From Nitrospirales bacterium (lineage in GTDB: Bacteria > Nitrospirota > Nitrospiria > Nitrospirales > UBA8639), in the NCBI GenBank assembly GCA_963555755.3, contig OY820905.2:1088001-1152000 (forward strand): DNA of 64,000 nt. The letters are read 5' to 3'. Of the stretch, positions 20,160 to 30,056 are shown in pieces. The notes under the pieces were generated by a model. The model was not told where the DNA came from. It saw only the letters and a list, made by a program, of their open reading frames with translations, and searched no databases. The first letter of the stretch is position 1. Every line of letters starts with the position of its first letter. A program made the position numbers and the translations under genes.

Positions 20160-20573
20160 TTAGCTTTTCAAACAGTCAGAGATGGTCTGAGCCAGTTCAG
20201 CACCTGAGGTGAGAGCCGTGGGCTTCCACCCAATGCCCAACCCTACCCCATCGTCTTCTTTGGGAATGATGTGAAAATGCACATAAAACACGGCTTGATG
20301 CGCGGAAGCCCCATTGTTTTGGAGAACATTATAATTCTTTGCCCCGGTGGCTTTAAGGACTGCTCGACACAGACGCGGTAACACTCGGCCAATGGCGGCG
20401 GCAGACTCATCGGATAGTTGATCTAGCGTTTCAGCTGGCTCTTTCGGGATGACCAAGGTATGGCCTTTGGATACGGGATTGATATCCAAAAAAGCGAACA
20501 CATGTTCATCCTCATACACCTTGTGACACGGAATGTCACCGTGAAGAATTTTCTGAAAAATCGTGTCACCCAT
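20160..20573 (-). CDS. HIT family nucleotide hydrolase
   Basis: TIFQKI..DIP, AFLDINP..KGHTLVIPK, QAVFYVHFHIIP. Confidence 0.92.
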   Translation of the reverse strand: MGDTIFQKILHGDIPCHKVYEDEHVFAFLDINPVSKGHTLVIPKEPAETLDQLSDESAAAIGRVLPRLCRAVLKATGAKNYNVLQNNGASAHQAVFYVHFHIIPKEDDGVGLGIGWKPTALTSGAELAQTISDCLKS

Positions 20574-20768
20574 GAATGGCAGAATAAGCCAAACCGGATA
20601 TTCCTGGCAAGGGGAAATGCTTCATGTTTCCTTTTAACCCGTTCCATTGCCGTAAGTTATTGCAACTTACCCATAGTCTGAAAACCACTCAGCCAACACA
20701 CCAAACACTCCGATAAGAAAGAATAGAGTCCATGCTCAAATGAATCTCTTCCCAGAACAGCACAGAAT

Positions 20769-21371
20769 ATGCGCACATCTTCCTTTAGGGGAATCATCAT
20801 CGGAATGGCTGTAGCAATCGCAGGACTCGGAGCCATGGTTGGGTACGGTCTTGTTTCCTTTGGAACTGAAATGCAAAACCCTGAGGGAGCCCAAGAAATT
20901 CGAGAAGAACTCGAATCAAGAGGTTTGCTTGACATCTTTCTTGGAACTGACTCCAAACACACGAATGCTGAACACTACAACGATGATGAGATCATCATTC
21001 CAGCAACTCGAATGGGGGATCACCTCTTCGTCCATGCCGAACTCAACGACTACCGAGAAGTCACCCTTCTGGTTGACACGGGAGCAACGGATATTGCCAT
21101 TACCTCTGACATTGCCTTTGACTTAGGTCTTCTGGAATCCGAGTCACAAGAACACATGTACGAGACATCGAATGGTCAAAGCCAACGGTTTGTCACGCAA
21201 TTGGATTCTATAAGAATTGGTGATGCGGTCCAGCATCAGGTCCGAACCTCCTTCGGGAAGGCAAGGACCGGGCCTGGAGATGGACTCCTTGGAATGAGTT
21301 TTTTAAAATACTATTATGTGGATGTAGATCTTGAACGTGAGGAATTACGACTTCGCCCACGCGAGCGTTAA
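20769..21371 (+). CDS. retropepsin-like (clan AA) aspartic protease, membrane-anchored
   Basis: LLVDTGAT and GLLGMSFL motifs. Confidence 0.88.
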   Translation: MRTSSFRGIIIGMAVAIAGLGAMVGYGLVSFGTEMQNPEGAQEIREELESRGLLDIFLGTDSKHTNAEHYNDDEIIIPATRMGDHLFVHAELNDYREVTLLVDTGATDIAITSDIAFDLGLLESESQEHMYETSNGQSQRFVTQLDSIRIGDAVQHQVRTSFGKARTGPGDGLLGMSFLKYYYVDVDLEREELRLRPRER

Positions 21372-21436
21372 CATTTCGGTTGCCTCTCCCTCACCTGCCC
21401 AACCATCCGGGTGCCACCATACTCATACAGGGCTAA

Positions 21437-21941
21437 GGGCTTGTTAAAAAATGACTGGGACAACATCGCGCCTAGATTTGGGTCGGATTTGGACGTAACG
21501 ATTGAGAATAAGCCGAGGCATAGCACCGCTATGTTGAGGCGTTTTCGATTAAGGCGCGTTCAACCTAGAAACAGCAGTTGGGCGCAAAAAAGACGTGTAA
21601 GATATTGGTGTGCATCGTGAAAGAGAAAAAGTCGTGGTCACCTTTGTGGTGATGAGACATTTTTCTCTTTTGCGAGGTGCGCCAAGAGCTTGCGCGGACT
21701 TTTGTGATCCAACTGCTGTTTCTAGGTTCAAAGGTGGCCCGAAGATGGGATGGGATTTTGTCCCAGTTATTTTTAACAGGCCCTTAGGGTTCGCGCAAGA
21801 ATAACTTCCCCTGTTTGGGTGCTGAGACACCTGTCTGGCAAGGCGCGAGGACTGCGCATACTCCTTATGGAAAGGACGAGCAACGCCGCCAGACGGGATG
21901 GATCGACGTCCAAACAGGGGAAGTTATTCTTACGCGAACCC
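21437..21941. mobile_element. MITE cluster B'[A] + C
   Basis: B-variant 21437-21783 with A 21564-21726 (TTCAA TSD); C 21787-21941; TAA/TTA flanks. Confidence 0.88.
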
Positions 21942-22227
21942 TAAGCACAGACTGTGGGCCGGTCACTGACCTTAGAGAAATATGAGCGAGCCACACCCGT
22001 ACATCAATGCACAGTGCATGCCCTCCCGGCAGTTCAATCAAGGCATATCAACCTTTCCCGGATGCAGATTCCACGCCCCCTGAATCCCCCAGTCTCTCCA
22101 TGATCCTGCATCCAACTTCGCTCACTATCGCCCTTACCCCTCTCGCAGCCTTGACAAGCTCACGAGACGTTGTGATAGAAATGAACGTTTATTAACGCTC
22201 CCCCAACGAAAACGAGGCTCATACCCT

Positions 22228-22671
22228 ATGCGATTCTTTTTGTATGCCGATAACCTAAATCCGACACAATTAAAAAGACGGGCTCCAGAGCACAAGTTTT
22301 TATTTAAGGCCTATCTTCCCGATCACACGATAGGGTTCCCTCGCTTTTCCTCGCAATGGCGATGTGGAATGGCCAGCGTTCTTCCTTCACAAGGTGAACG
22401 CGTTTGGGGAATAGTCGTTGAATTGACCGACGAAGATTTAAAGATTCTGGATTCTTTTGAGGAAGAAGTCCCGGAAGGCGCCTACCGTCACCTTGAAGCG
22501 AATGTGGTGAAAGAAGACGATCAAAAAGAATTGGTGATCACGCACGCAGCCCATCCTATTGGGAAATTTAAAGTAAAAGATCATTATTTGGATTTCGTGG
22601 CAAAAGGGGTCAAACATTGGGAATTGCCTGATGAATGCCTCGAGATGTGGGATTTGTTCCGCCCTCGTTAG
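22228..22671 (+). CDS. gamma-glutamylcyclotransferase (AIG2-like) family protein
   Basis: FFLYADNL, VWGIV.EL...DL..LD.FE. Confidence 0.8.
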   Translation: MRFFLYADNLNPTQLKRRAPEHKFLFKAYLPDHTIGFPRFSSQWRCGMASVLPSQGERVWGIVVELTDEDLKILDSFEEEVPEGAYRHLEANVVKEDDQKELVITHAAHPIGKFKVKDHYLDFVAKGVKHWELPDECLEMWDLFRPR

Positions 22672-22832
22672 GAGCCTGTCCAAGATTAGACTGATCGACT
22701 ACAGGGATGCTGGATTTGGCCAGATCTTTCGATCCTTTTCGTTGAATAGTCCTACTATTCGCCTCAAACGATCGAAACATCTGACTCAAACCAACACCCC
22801 CTCGCGACGATCGCTAATCTCAGACAAGCTCC
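22671..22832. mobile_element. MITE family F
   Basis: TIR GGAGCCTGTCCAAGATTAG / CTAATCTCAGACAAGCTCC, TA flanks. Confidence 0.75.
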
Positions 22833-22959
22833 TAGCCTAAACATATAGAGTGATGCGTAGCGCAAGCACTATTTTTGTTTTTTGACGCTCACCTATTTCT
22901 TGATATCAAAATCACGTTACGACACAACAATCAACTCGCCACCCTCGAAAGGAGTGACC

Positions 22960-23286
22960 ATGCCAAAGCCCAAATATCATATTATGGTATGCACCAATAC
23001 ACGCCCCCCTGGCCATCCCAAACCCTCGTGCGGATCAGCGGGATCACAAAATTTGTTGATGGCCTTCAACATGGGGATGATGGAACGGGGGTTCCAACCA
23101 GGCGAGGTTCTTGTCACGGGAAGCTCATGCTTAGGTCCCTGCGAGCAAGGCCCAACCGTCGTGGTCTACCCTGACGGCATCTGGTATTCTGAAGTAAAAG
23201 ATGAGCATGTGGCGTTGATTCTCGACGAGCATATCAAAAAAGGAACGCCCGTTGCTCAATTAAACCCTGATTCGGTATGGAGCTAA
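22960..23286 (+). CDS. thioredoxin-like [2Fe-2S] ferredoxin
   Basis: HIMVCTN.R...SC, CLGPCEQGP.VVVYPDG.WY; AAGGAG RBS. Confidence 0.92.
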   Translation: MPKPKYHIMVCTNTRPPGHPKPSCGSAGSQNLLMAFNMGMMERGFQPGEVLVTGSSCLGPCEQGPTVVVYPDGIWYSEVKDEHVALILDEHIKKGTPVAQLNPDSVWS

Positions 23287-23315
23287 TCTTCCATACTTGA
23301 CCATCGGACCTCATC

Positions 23316-23873
23316 ATGGCCAATCAACACGGCTCTCACTCCCACGAACATGGACAGCACCATGGCTCAACAGCTCCCGCAGAGCATAAAGCCCGTGGGC
23401 CTGCGGCCATAGGCTGCGGGATCATCACCTGTAGCGATACCCGCACTCCTGAAACAGACAAAAGTGGACAACTGATTCGAGAGTTGCTCACCAAAGAGGG
23501 GCATCGTATTGATGCGTATCATGTCGTCAAAGACGAACCTGCCGACGTAAAAAAACTGGTTCAGCAACTGGGAAAGCACGCGGCACTGGGAGCGATTATC
23601 ATCAATGGCGGAACCGGTATTTCTCAGCGAGACTCGACGTTTGAAGCAATCGACGGGTTGCTGGAAAAACGTCTCGTGGGGTTTGGGGAAATCTTCCGGT
23701 ATCTTTCGTACAAGGATATTGGATCATCTGCGATTCTCAGCCGTGCCACCGCTGGTCTCTATCAAGGAAAAGTGATTTTTTCTATTCCCGGCTCAAGCGG
23801 AGCGGTTCGACTGGCCATGGAAGCCTTGATCATTCCTGAACTGCCCCATATTGTCGGGGAAATGCAGAAATAA
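23316..23873 (+). CDS. moaB: molybdenum cofactor biosynthesis protein MoaB/Mog
   Basis: ITCSDTR...DKSG, GGTGIS.RDST.EA, GFGEIFR, SRA.AG, PGS. Confidence 0.9.
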   Translation: MANQHGSHSHEHGQHHGSTAPAEHKARGPAAIGCGIITCSDTRTPETDKSGQLIRELLTKEGHRIDAYHVVKDEPADVKKLVQQLGKHAALGAIIINGGTGISQRDSTFEAIDGLLEKRLVGFGEIFRYLSYKDIGSSAILSRATAGLYQGKVIFSIPGSSGAVRLAMEALIIPELPHIVGEMQK

Positions 23874-23968
23874 ATTCTACGCCCATTTCGGATGTGAATA
23901 AAAAAACTCGTGACCCGTAAACCGTGATGCGTGATCCGTTGAAAAAACTTGTTTTCTCTTTTTACGCT

Positions 23969-25027
23969 TCACGCTTCACGAGTTTCCGGAACGAGAACAA
24001 TTTTCCCAAAGTTTTTTCTGGCGAGCATTCGTTCTTGCGCTGCACAGGCCTCCTCCAACGGAAATGTTGAATCCACTACCGGCCGCAACGTATCAGCCTC
24101 AATGAATCGTGTCGCTTCCACAAGCTCGTCACGAGTTCCCATGTAGGCCCCCATGATCGTCAACTGTCGAGAGTACAGATAGCGCACATCAATTTGGGTG
24201 GTTCCACCGGAGGTCGCCCCACACGTGACCAGCCGACCACCTCGCGCAAGTGATTTCAAGCATGGGTCCCACACGTCATGGCCGACATGCTCAATCACCA
24301 CATCGACACCATGACCGTGCGTGAGGGCTGTGACTCGCTCCCACACATTTTCGACAGAATGATTGATGACAGCATCGGCCCCTAACATTGTCGCCTTTTC
24401 CTTTTTGTCTTCCGCTCCCACAGTGCTGAGCACTCGTGCGCCCAACAAATTCGCCATTTGAATGGCCATACTCCCGACCCCGCTCCCCGCGCCTATGACC
24501 AGGACGGTTTCACCAGGCTGAACGTCGGCTAAGGTCTTCACCATATGCCAGGCAGTAACAGAAACTAAAGGGAAGGCCGCAGCCTGTTCAAACGTAAGAT
24601 TCGCCGGCAGCGGCAGGACATTCCTAGCCGGCACAGCTACGTACTCAGCATACCCGCCATGTCGTTGCGCCCCAAGAATGTGAAAGTGCGCACAGCGGTT
24701 TTCTTTTCCAATCAAACATTCGTCACAATTCTCGCAACTGATCCCCGGTATCACAAAGACGGATTGCCCAGGCACCAGATGACCCGAGTAGGCAGACCCA
24801 ACGGTATCGATCACCCCACTGACGTCGCAGCCAGAAATATGGGGGAGAGAAATTGTATAGTTGGGAATGCCTTGTCGAATCCAAATATCTAAATGATTTA
24901 GGGCACAGGCTTTGACCCGAACCAACATCTCTTCTGGCCCAATTTGAGGAACGGCGACATCTTCGTAGGTTAATTCTTCAGGGCCGCCATGTTTATGAAA
25001 GGTCACAGCCTTCATGATCGTTGGCAT
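23969..25027 (-). CDS. zinc-binding alcohol dehydrogenase / quinone oxidoreductase (MDR)
   Basis: GCDVSGV, CENCDEC..C Zn site, GAGSGVG, FGKIVL. Confidence 0.9.
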   Translation of the reverse strand: MPTIMKAVTFHKHGGPEELTYEDVAVPQIGPEEMLVRVKACALNHLDIWIRQGIPNYTISLPHISGCDVSGVIDTVGSAYSGHLVPGQSVFVIPGISCENCDECLIGKENRCAHFHILGAQRHGGYAEYVAVPARNVLPLPANLTFEQAAAFPLVSVTAWHMVKTLADVQPGETVLVIGAGSGVGSMAIQMANLLGARVLSTVGAEDKKEKATMLGADAVINHSVENVWERVTALTHGHGVDVVIEHVGHDVWDPCLKSLARGGRLVTCGATSGGTTQIDVRYLYSRQLTIMGAYMGTRDELVEATRFIEADTLRPVVDSTFPLEEACAAQERMLARKNFGKIVLVPETREA

Positions 25028-25070
25028 GGCTTTCTCCCATATCAGATGGGGTTTTTGAGTTACATCACTG

Positions 25071-25252
25071 GGGGATGTTCAAAACCTGTCCTGAGCTTGA
25101 TCAAAGGAAGGTGCGCTCAGCAAGGCCGCAGGCGCTCACGGCCTTCGTAGTCAAAGACCACTTCGGCGAAGGAGGCTCGGCGAAGGCTGGGAACGCCGCT
25201 GGCTTGTCTGCCGAAGCTCCGGCGTAGGCTGACGCCCTTTTTCAATACTCCC
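25071..25252. mobile_element. MITE family H copy with embedded short palindromes
   Basis: GGGGATGTTCAAAA...TTTTCAATACTCCC; shares CAGCAAGGCCGCAG and GAACGCCGCTGGC with the copies at 51041-51247 and 53075-53197. Confidence 0.7.
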
Positions 25253-26184
25253 TAAAAAAGAAGCTTTCCTTCGGCCACCATGACGGTCTGCCCCCCCACT
25301 TTAATTTCTTGAATCATGTCATCGTCTGAGAAGACGTGAACAAGAATCCGGGAAGGCCGATCGATTTCATACCCTTGCTCCATAACAATTTCAGTGGTCG
25401 GGCCCACATCCACCACACCATTCTTGACAAGATAGGCCCCAAGGGCACCGCTCGCGCTTCCCGTCGCCGGATCTTCAACAATTCCAATTGGTACGGCAAA
25501 CATCCGCGTATGTACGCTGGCCCAATCTTCCACCGTCAGGGAGGTAAACACCATAATCCCATTCACCCCAAGCCGTTCGCAGACCGTCTTGGTTCCAGTC
25601 AGGTCGACCTGAATCGACTTCACAGCCGTGAGCGTTCGAACAGGTACTATGACCACGGGCAAACCTGTTGAGATGATTTCAATGGGAAGGCGCGTATCCA
25701 AAATATTCGCCTTATTCAACCCTAGCGCTTGGCTAATTTCATATAGATCTTGAAGCGCATCAACCGTTCCTAAAAATTGCGGAACTGGCTGGGACATGCT
25801 CACATGTTCCACCTTCCCGTTCAAGACAGACAATTCGACGGGAAACACGCCAATATTGCACTCAAACATGAAGCGCGTGACTGGCTCCTGCAACGGGATT
25901 TTTTTCAATACACTCAGAATATAAAAGGTGCCAATGACGGGATGCCCTGCAAAGGGAATTTCCTGTGTGGGTGTGAATATTCGTAATTTGGCGAGGGCAG
26001 CCGGGTCGGTCGGCGGGACTACAAAAACAGTCTCCGATAGATTCATTTCCCGGGCAATTTGCTGAAACTCATGATCAGACAGGTCTTCAGCATCGGGAAT
26101 GACGGCAACGGGATTACCCCCAAAGGGGCGATCGGTAAACACGTCGGCCTTATAAAATTGTAGGCGCCGTGTCGGGGTAGACAT
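25252..26184 (-). CDS. PhzF/diaminopimelate-epimerase-like protein
   Basis: [47 protein letters not shown]. Confidence 0.93.
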   Translation of the reverse strand: MSTPTRRLQFYKADVFTDRPFGGNPVAVIPDAEDLSDHEFQQIAREMNLSETVFVVPPTDPAALAKLRIFTPTQEIPFAGHPVIGTFYILSVLKKIPLQEPVTRFMFECNIGVFPVELSVLNGKVEHVSMSQPVPQFLGTVDALQDLYEISQALGLNKANILDTRLPIEIISTGLPVVIVPVRTLTAVKSIQVDLTGTKTVCERLGVNGIMVFTSLTVEDWASVHTRMFAVPIGIVEDPATGSASGALGAYLVKNGVVDVGPTTEIVMEQGYEIDRPSRILVHVFSDDDMIQEIKVGGQTVMVAEGKLLF

Positions 26185-26266
26185 AAGATTCGAAAATATA
26201 GGTAGGAGGTGGGTGTACCGTCAAGGAACGTTCAGGACTTGTTCAGACTAGCGCTAGTTAAACACG

Positions 26267-27505
26267 TTAGGCACTTAAAGGCAAGGCTTCATAATTAGAT
26301 GCTAAGGGGTTCCGGACATAATTTTCGACAAAATTCTTCAGTGTGCCATTTCGATACAGTCTTGTGTTCGCAAATTTCGTATCGATCTTATGGAGCACCT
26401 TTACCTTGACGCCTGTTTTTTGGATGAACTCCTCCAAGGTCACACCCATAATATCCATATTGGATCCGCGACCAGATTGCATGACACTTTTGGGAATGTG
26501 GATGCGCTTTTCATTCGTCAAACATTTCCGAATATCATCAAAGGTCAGGAGAACCGTACAATCGGAATCACCACCGAGCATCGCATTGGGCACATGAAGA
26601 AACCGCGCTCGTTTCTTTCGATACATATTCAAGATCTTATACACACTTCCAGCCATCACGACCGTATCTTTTTTCTCTAATTCCAAGGCATCGAACGCAC
26701 TCATGATTCGCTTTCGATTAAGAAAGGCCGTCACATATCCTTCCGTGTGAATCGTGGTCAAGTTTGGGTATCCTGCATCATAAATTCGCTCAGCCTCAAT
26801 GGGAAGAAACTTCCGACCTTGCCGCATGAGGGTCGTCGTATCATCTTTGAGACCACGAACGGGGGTAAGGCAGCCCATCCACAACACACAGGTTTGATTG
26901 ATTTTCGCAATCGTTTCCGCATCCTTGGACATGGTGCCCTGATCAAATGAGTAAAAATTCGCCGATGACACCGCTGGCCCATCTACGACTTTCAGGAGAT
27001 GCTTCACGGATGGCGCATGCGGCATGAGTTTTTCACGGTACTTGCTAAGCGTAATGACCGACAACTCAAAGTTAATCCGTCCAGGATATTGAGCCACGAG
27101 TTGATGAATTTTGGGAACGTGGACAAACCCGACTGTAAAAAATTGAATGCTTTTATCGGTATATTTGAGAAAGTCCTCGACCCACTCCATACATTTGGGA
27201 TGGAGAAACAAATCCGTCCACTCCATATATTCATTGCCACCCAAGCACCAAAACTGCATGGGATCGGTTGGCTTTGCATTAATGTAGTTGAGGATGAACT
27301 CCCAATCGTCCTGCGTGGTTTTTGGTGGGTCTTGGGTTTCACGGTAGGAATGATCCAGCTCATAACAAAATTCGCATTCCACAGGACACTTCTTCCCCAA
27401 GCTCAGCGGGATTTTTCCCCCATCCATCTCACGCGTCAGGACTTCTCGATACCCTTTGCCTTGAAGAACAAGGGTTGGCTCTAAGACTGGAAGTTCACGC
27501 CCCAT
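26267..27505 (-). CDS. radical SAM protein with DUF512-like C-terminus
   Basis: CPVECEFC motif; C-terminal VPNAMLGG...VLLT..DI. Confidence 0.75.
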   Translation of the reverse strand: MGRELPVLEPTLVLQGKGYREVLTREMDGGKIPLSLGKKCPVECEFCYELDHSYRETQDPPKTTQDDWEFILNYINAKPTDPMQFWCLGGNEYMEWTDLFLHPKCMEWVEDFLKYTDKSIQFFTVGFVHVPKIHQLVAQYPGRINFELSVITLSKYREKLMPHAPSVKHLLKVVDGPAVSSANFYSFDQGTMSKDAETIAKINQTCVLWMGCLTPVRGLKDDTTTLMRQGRKFLPIEAERIYDAGYPNLTTIHTEGYVTAFLNRKRIMSAFDALELEKKDTVVMAGSVYKILNMYRKKRARFLHVPNAMLGGDSDCTVLLTFDDIRKCLTNEKRIHIPKSVMQSGRGSNMDIMGVTLEEFIQKTGVKVKVLHKIDTKFANTRLYRNGTLKNFVENYVRNPLASNYEALPLSA

Positions 27506-27741
27506 ATAACATTATTCCTACTTTAAAAAAACGCTTTGCTTTGTATAAGAAATTGTAACTATTCAGGTATTTAGGCTGAAGGCTATGACTCATAATGCAC
27601 GACGTTTTGTATGATCAGGCATGATTACCCCTAAAAGCCTTCAGTCTATCCACCCTGAGAAGTTTCAAGAATTTCCGCTCATTGACACAAAGAATACGGG
27701 TTTGCCAGACTAACGGTCAGTATCCTTTGAGAGTCCAATCC

Positions 27742-28041
27742 ATGAGTTCTACAGCCTCATCTCCTGAAAGTAAAAATCAGGATTCTTCAATTCAGGAATC
27801 CATAACCCAAGCCCTGACTTTATTTGACTTGACGCCACCCTTCTCTTCAACAACTCTCTACCAACGCTACCAAGACTTGCTGTTGACGTGGCACCCGCAT
27901 CGGTATGCCAACATGACCAACAACCCAACCAAGTACATGAAAATGTACAAAAAAGGTGAGGCCATGACCAAGGAAATACGGTCGGCCTATACTGCCTTGA
28001 AAGAATGGTTAGAAAGCCAAACCGCTCCTTCCCCAGATTAA
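27742..28041 (+). CDS. small J-domain-like protein (HPD replaced by HPH)
   Basis: AL.LF.L...L.QRY..L...WHPHRY...EI..AY..L. Confidence 0.7.
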   Translation: MSSTASSPESKNQDSSIQESITQALTLFDLTPPFSSTTLYQRYQDLLLTWHPHRYANMTNNPTKYMKMYKKGEAMTKEIRSAYTALKEWLESQTAPSPD

Positions 28042-28083
28042 CAACCCTACAGCGACACACTAGTTTACCAAAAGACAATATGG

Positions 28084-30051
28084 CTATTTGGACGCATGGC
28101 TGACCACCCGCGCCATCCCCGGCTCTCCGTCTTTTCCACCTTCAGGAGCAATTTTGGCGACAGGCCACGTGATCAAGCCAGCAACCGTGTCAGACTTGGC
28201 ATCGGCAGGCCTATGATGAGTGGCATAAATTTGTGGCAACCCGTTGGTGCCATACTTTGAAATGTATAGAAAGATCTGCTCTCGGGCATTGATACGCACA
28301 GCCCACGGTTCAAAATCATTCTGATAAAACTCTTCACACAATTGCATCGCATCCAAACAGGTGACGCCACCTGGTTCATTGAGCGTGTAATAATAATCAA
28401 GCGGCATATCGTATTCGTCCTGCTTATGAATCGTAATGCCGAACTTTTCGGGATTCCGAACCATCGGCGTATGACGATAGGCCACAAAGTAAAACAACTC
28501 GACGGAGTGGATGTTGGATTTATTGTTGAGTAAGAACTGTCGTGTGTCTTCCGCTTCTTCTCGTGTTTCTCCCGGGAATCCATAAAACGCCATCACATGA
28601 TTCCAGATCCCCACATTCGCCGCTTCTCTCAAATTATTTTCAATCACACTCTTCCGTGCATGTTTATCCATGAGTTCCAACACGCGTTCATTGGCCGATT
28701 CCATACCATAGTAAAGAGTCTTGCAGCCTGATTTTGCCGCTAACTTCCAAATTTCAGGATCTTGGAGAGTCTCCTCAAACCGAATGAGGGTGGTCCACTT
28801 GATGTCGACATTCTCATCAATCAACAATTGCGAAACTTTTTTAAAGAGGGCAGGGGGATAGGACTCATCGGCGAACAGGAAATGATCCGCATGATATTTT
28901 TCCTGTAACGCAGCAACTTCACGCACGACATCATGGGCTGGTTTGCCTCGATACTGATCAAAGTACCCTTGTCCATGATCGCAAAACGTACATTTCCCCC
29001 AATAGCATCCCCGGGTCGCAAGATAGGGAAGAATTCTCGTCGGGACGAAATAGGAATCGAGCGGGAACCCTTCAAAGTCCGGCAGAGGAAGGCTGGTGGT
29101 CTTTTCCGTATAAATTTCAGAGTTCGTCCGGACATGTCCCTGCTCGCGATACATCAAGTTGGGCACTGCGGCCCACTCACGGTCACCGGCCAAGGCTTCC
29201 AGCAGCCACAAAAGCGCATGCTCGCCTTCATACATAATGGCCGAGTCAAAAATTTCCGTAAAAAATGGCTCTTGCTTGGCAAGGTCTTCTTGCAATCGGG
29301 TAATCACATTTCCACCCACGGTAATATGAATGTCGGGGTAGGCTTCCTTGATCATTTTTCCAAAGGTAAATCCCGCGATGAGCTGCATTTGGGTGCCAAT
29401 AGAGATACCCACCACTTCCGGACGTTCTTTGGCCACTGAAGGCAACACCAACTGTTGACAGACATCGCGATACACATTCACTTGGGAATCATTGAGACAG
29501 GCATACACATCACTGGAAACACCCGGTCGATATCCTAAATTACTTTCCATGGGATAGTAGACAAGCGAGGCGGGAAAATAGGCAGCAGAGATGTACCGCA
29601 TTACGTCTCGAAAGACGTTCAACGCCCATTCAAGTTTGCTCGCGTCATAAAAATCTTCGCTTCGGTTGATGCGTTTCGCTTCATCCGCATTCTCAGCCAA
29701 TTCCATCACGTCAATCGACAAGGCTTCTTCCAGACATGCTTTTTGATCGATTTCCTTCTCCGTCAATCCACTGGTGGATTCTTTCGCCTTCAGTACCCGA
29801 AGTTGCTGAGCCATGCGAGCATTGACCCAAATCAAGAACATATCGCTGAAGAACAGTTCGTACATTTCGATATTGATGTCTCGCTGAATGACTTCATGGC
29901 CATTTTCACGAAGCACCGCCGTCAGGCTGGGAAGCGCGAGATAGGGAGCCGTCGGAACCCATTCCGGGGGGAAGAGCAGCATGGTCTTCACCTTCCGACC
30001 ACTCTTTGGCATCGAACTTGTTGTGTCAATCTGTATGATGGAAGAGGACAT
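28084..30051 (-). CDS. cobalamin-binding radical SAM protein
   Basis: FPPEW.PTAPYL.LP.L, TVGGN, YEGE, TRGCYWGKCTFC, G.ES...RVL..M.K, GFPGE. Confidence 0.92.
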   Translation of the reverse strand: MSSSIIQIDTTSSMPKSGRKVKTMLLFPPEWVPTAPYLALPSLTAVLRENGHEVIQRDINIEMYELFFSDMFLIWVNARMAQQLRVLKAKESTSGLTEKEIDQKACLEEALSIDVMELAENADEAKRINRSEDFYDASKLEWALNVFRDVMRYISAAYFPASLVYYPMESNLGYRPGVSSDVYACLNDSQVNVYRDVCQQLVLPSVAKERPEVVGISIGTQMQLIAGFTFGKMIKEAYPDIHITVGGNVITRLQEDLAKQEPFFTEIFDSAIMYEGEHALLWLLEALAGDREWAAVPNLMYREQGHVRTNSEIYTEKTTSLPLPDFEGFPLDSYFVPTRILPYLATRGCYWGKCTFCDHGQGYFDQYRGKPAHDVVREVAALQEKYHADHFLFADESYPPALFKKVSQLLIDENVDIKWTTLIRFEETLQDPEIWKLAAKSGCKTLYYGMESANERVLELMDKHARKSVIENNLREAANVGIWNHVMAFYGFPGETREEAEDTRQFLLNNKSNIHSVELFYFVAYRHTPMVRNPEKFGITIHKQDEYDMPLDYYYTLNEPGGVTCLDAMQLCEEFYQNDFEPWAVRINAREQIFLYISKYGTNGLPQIYATHHRPADAKSDTVAGLITWPVAKIAPEGGKDGEPGMARVVSHASK

Positions 30052-30056
30052 GGTTT

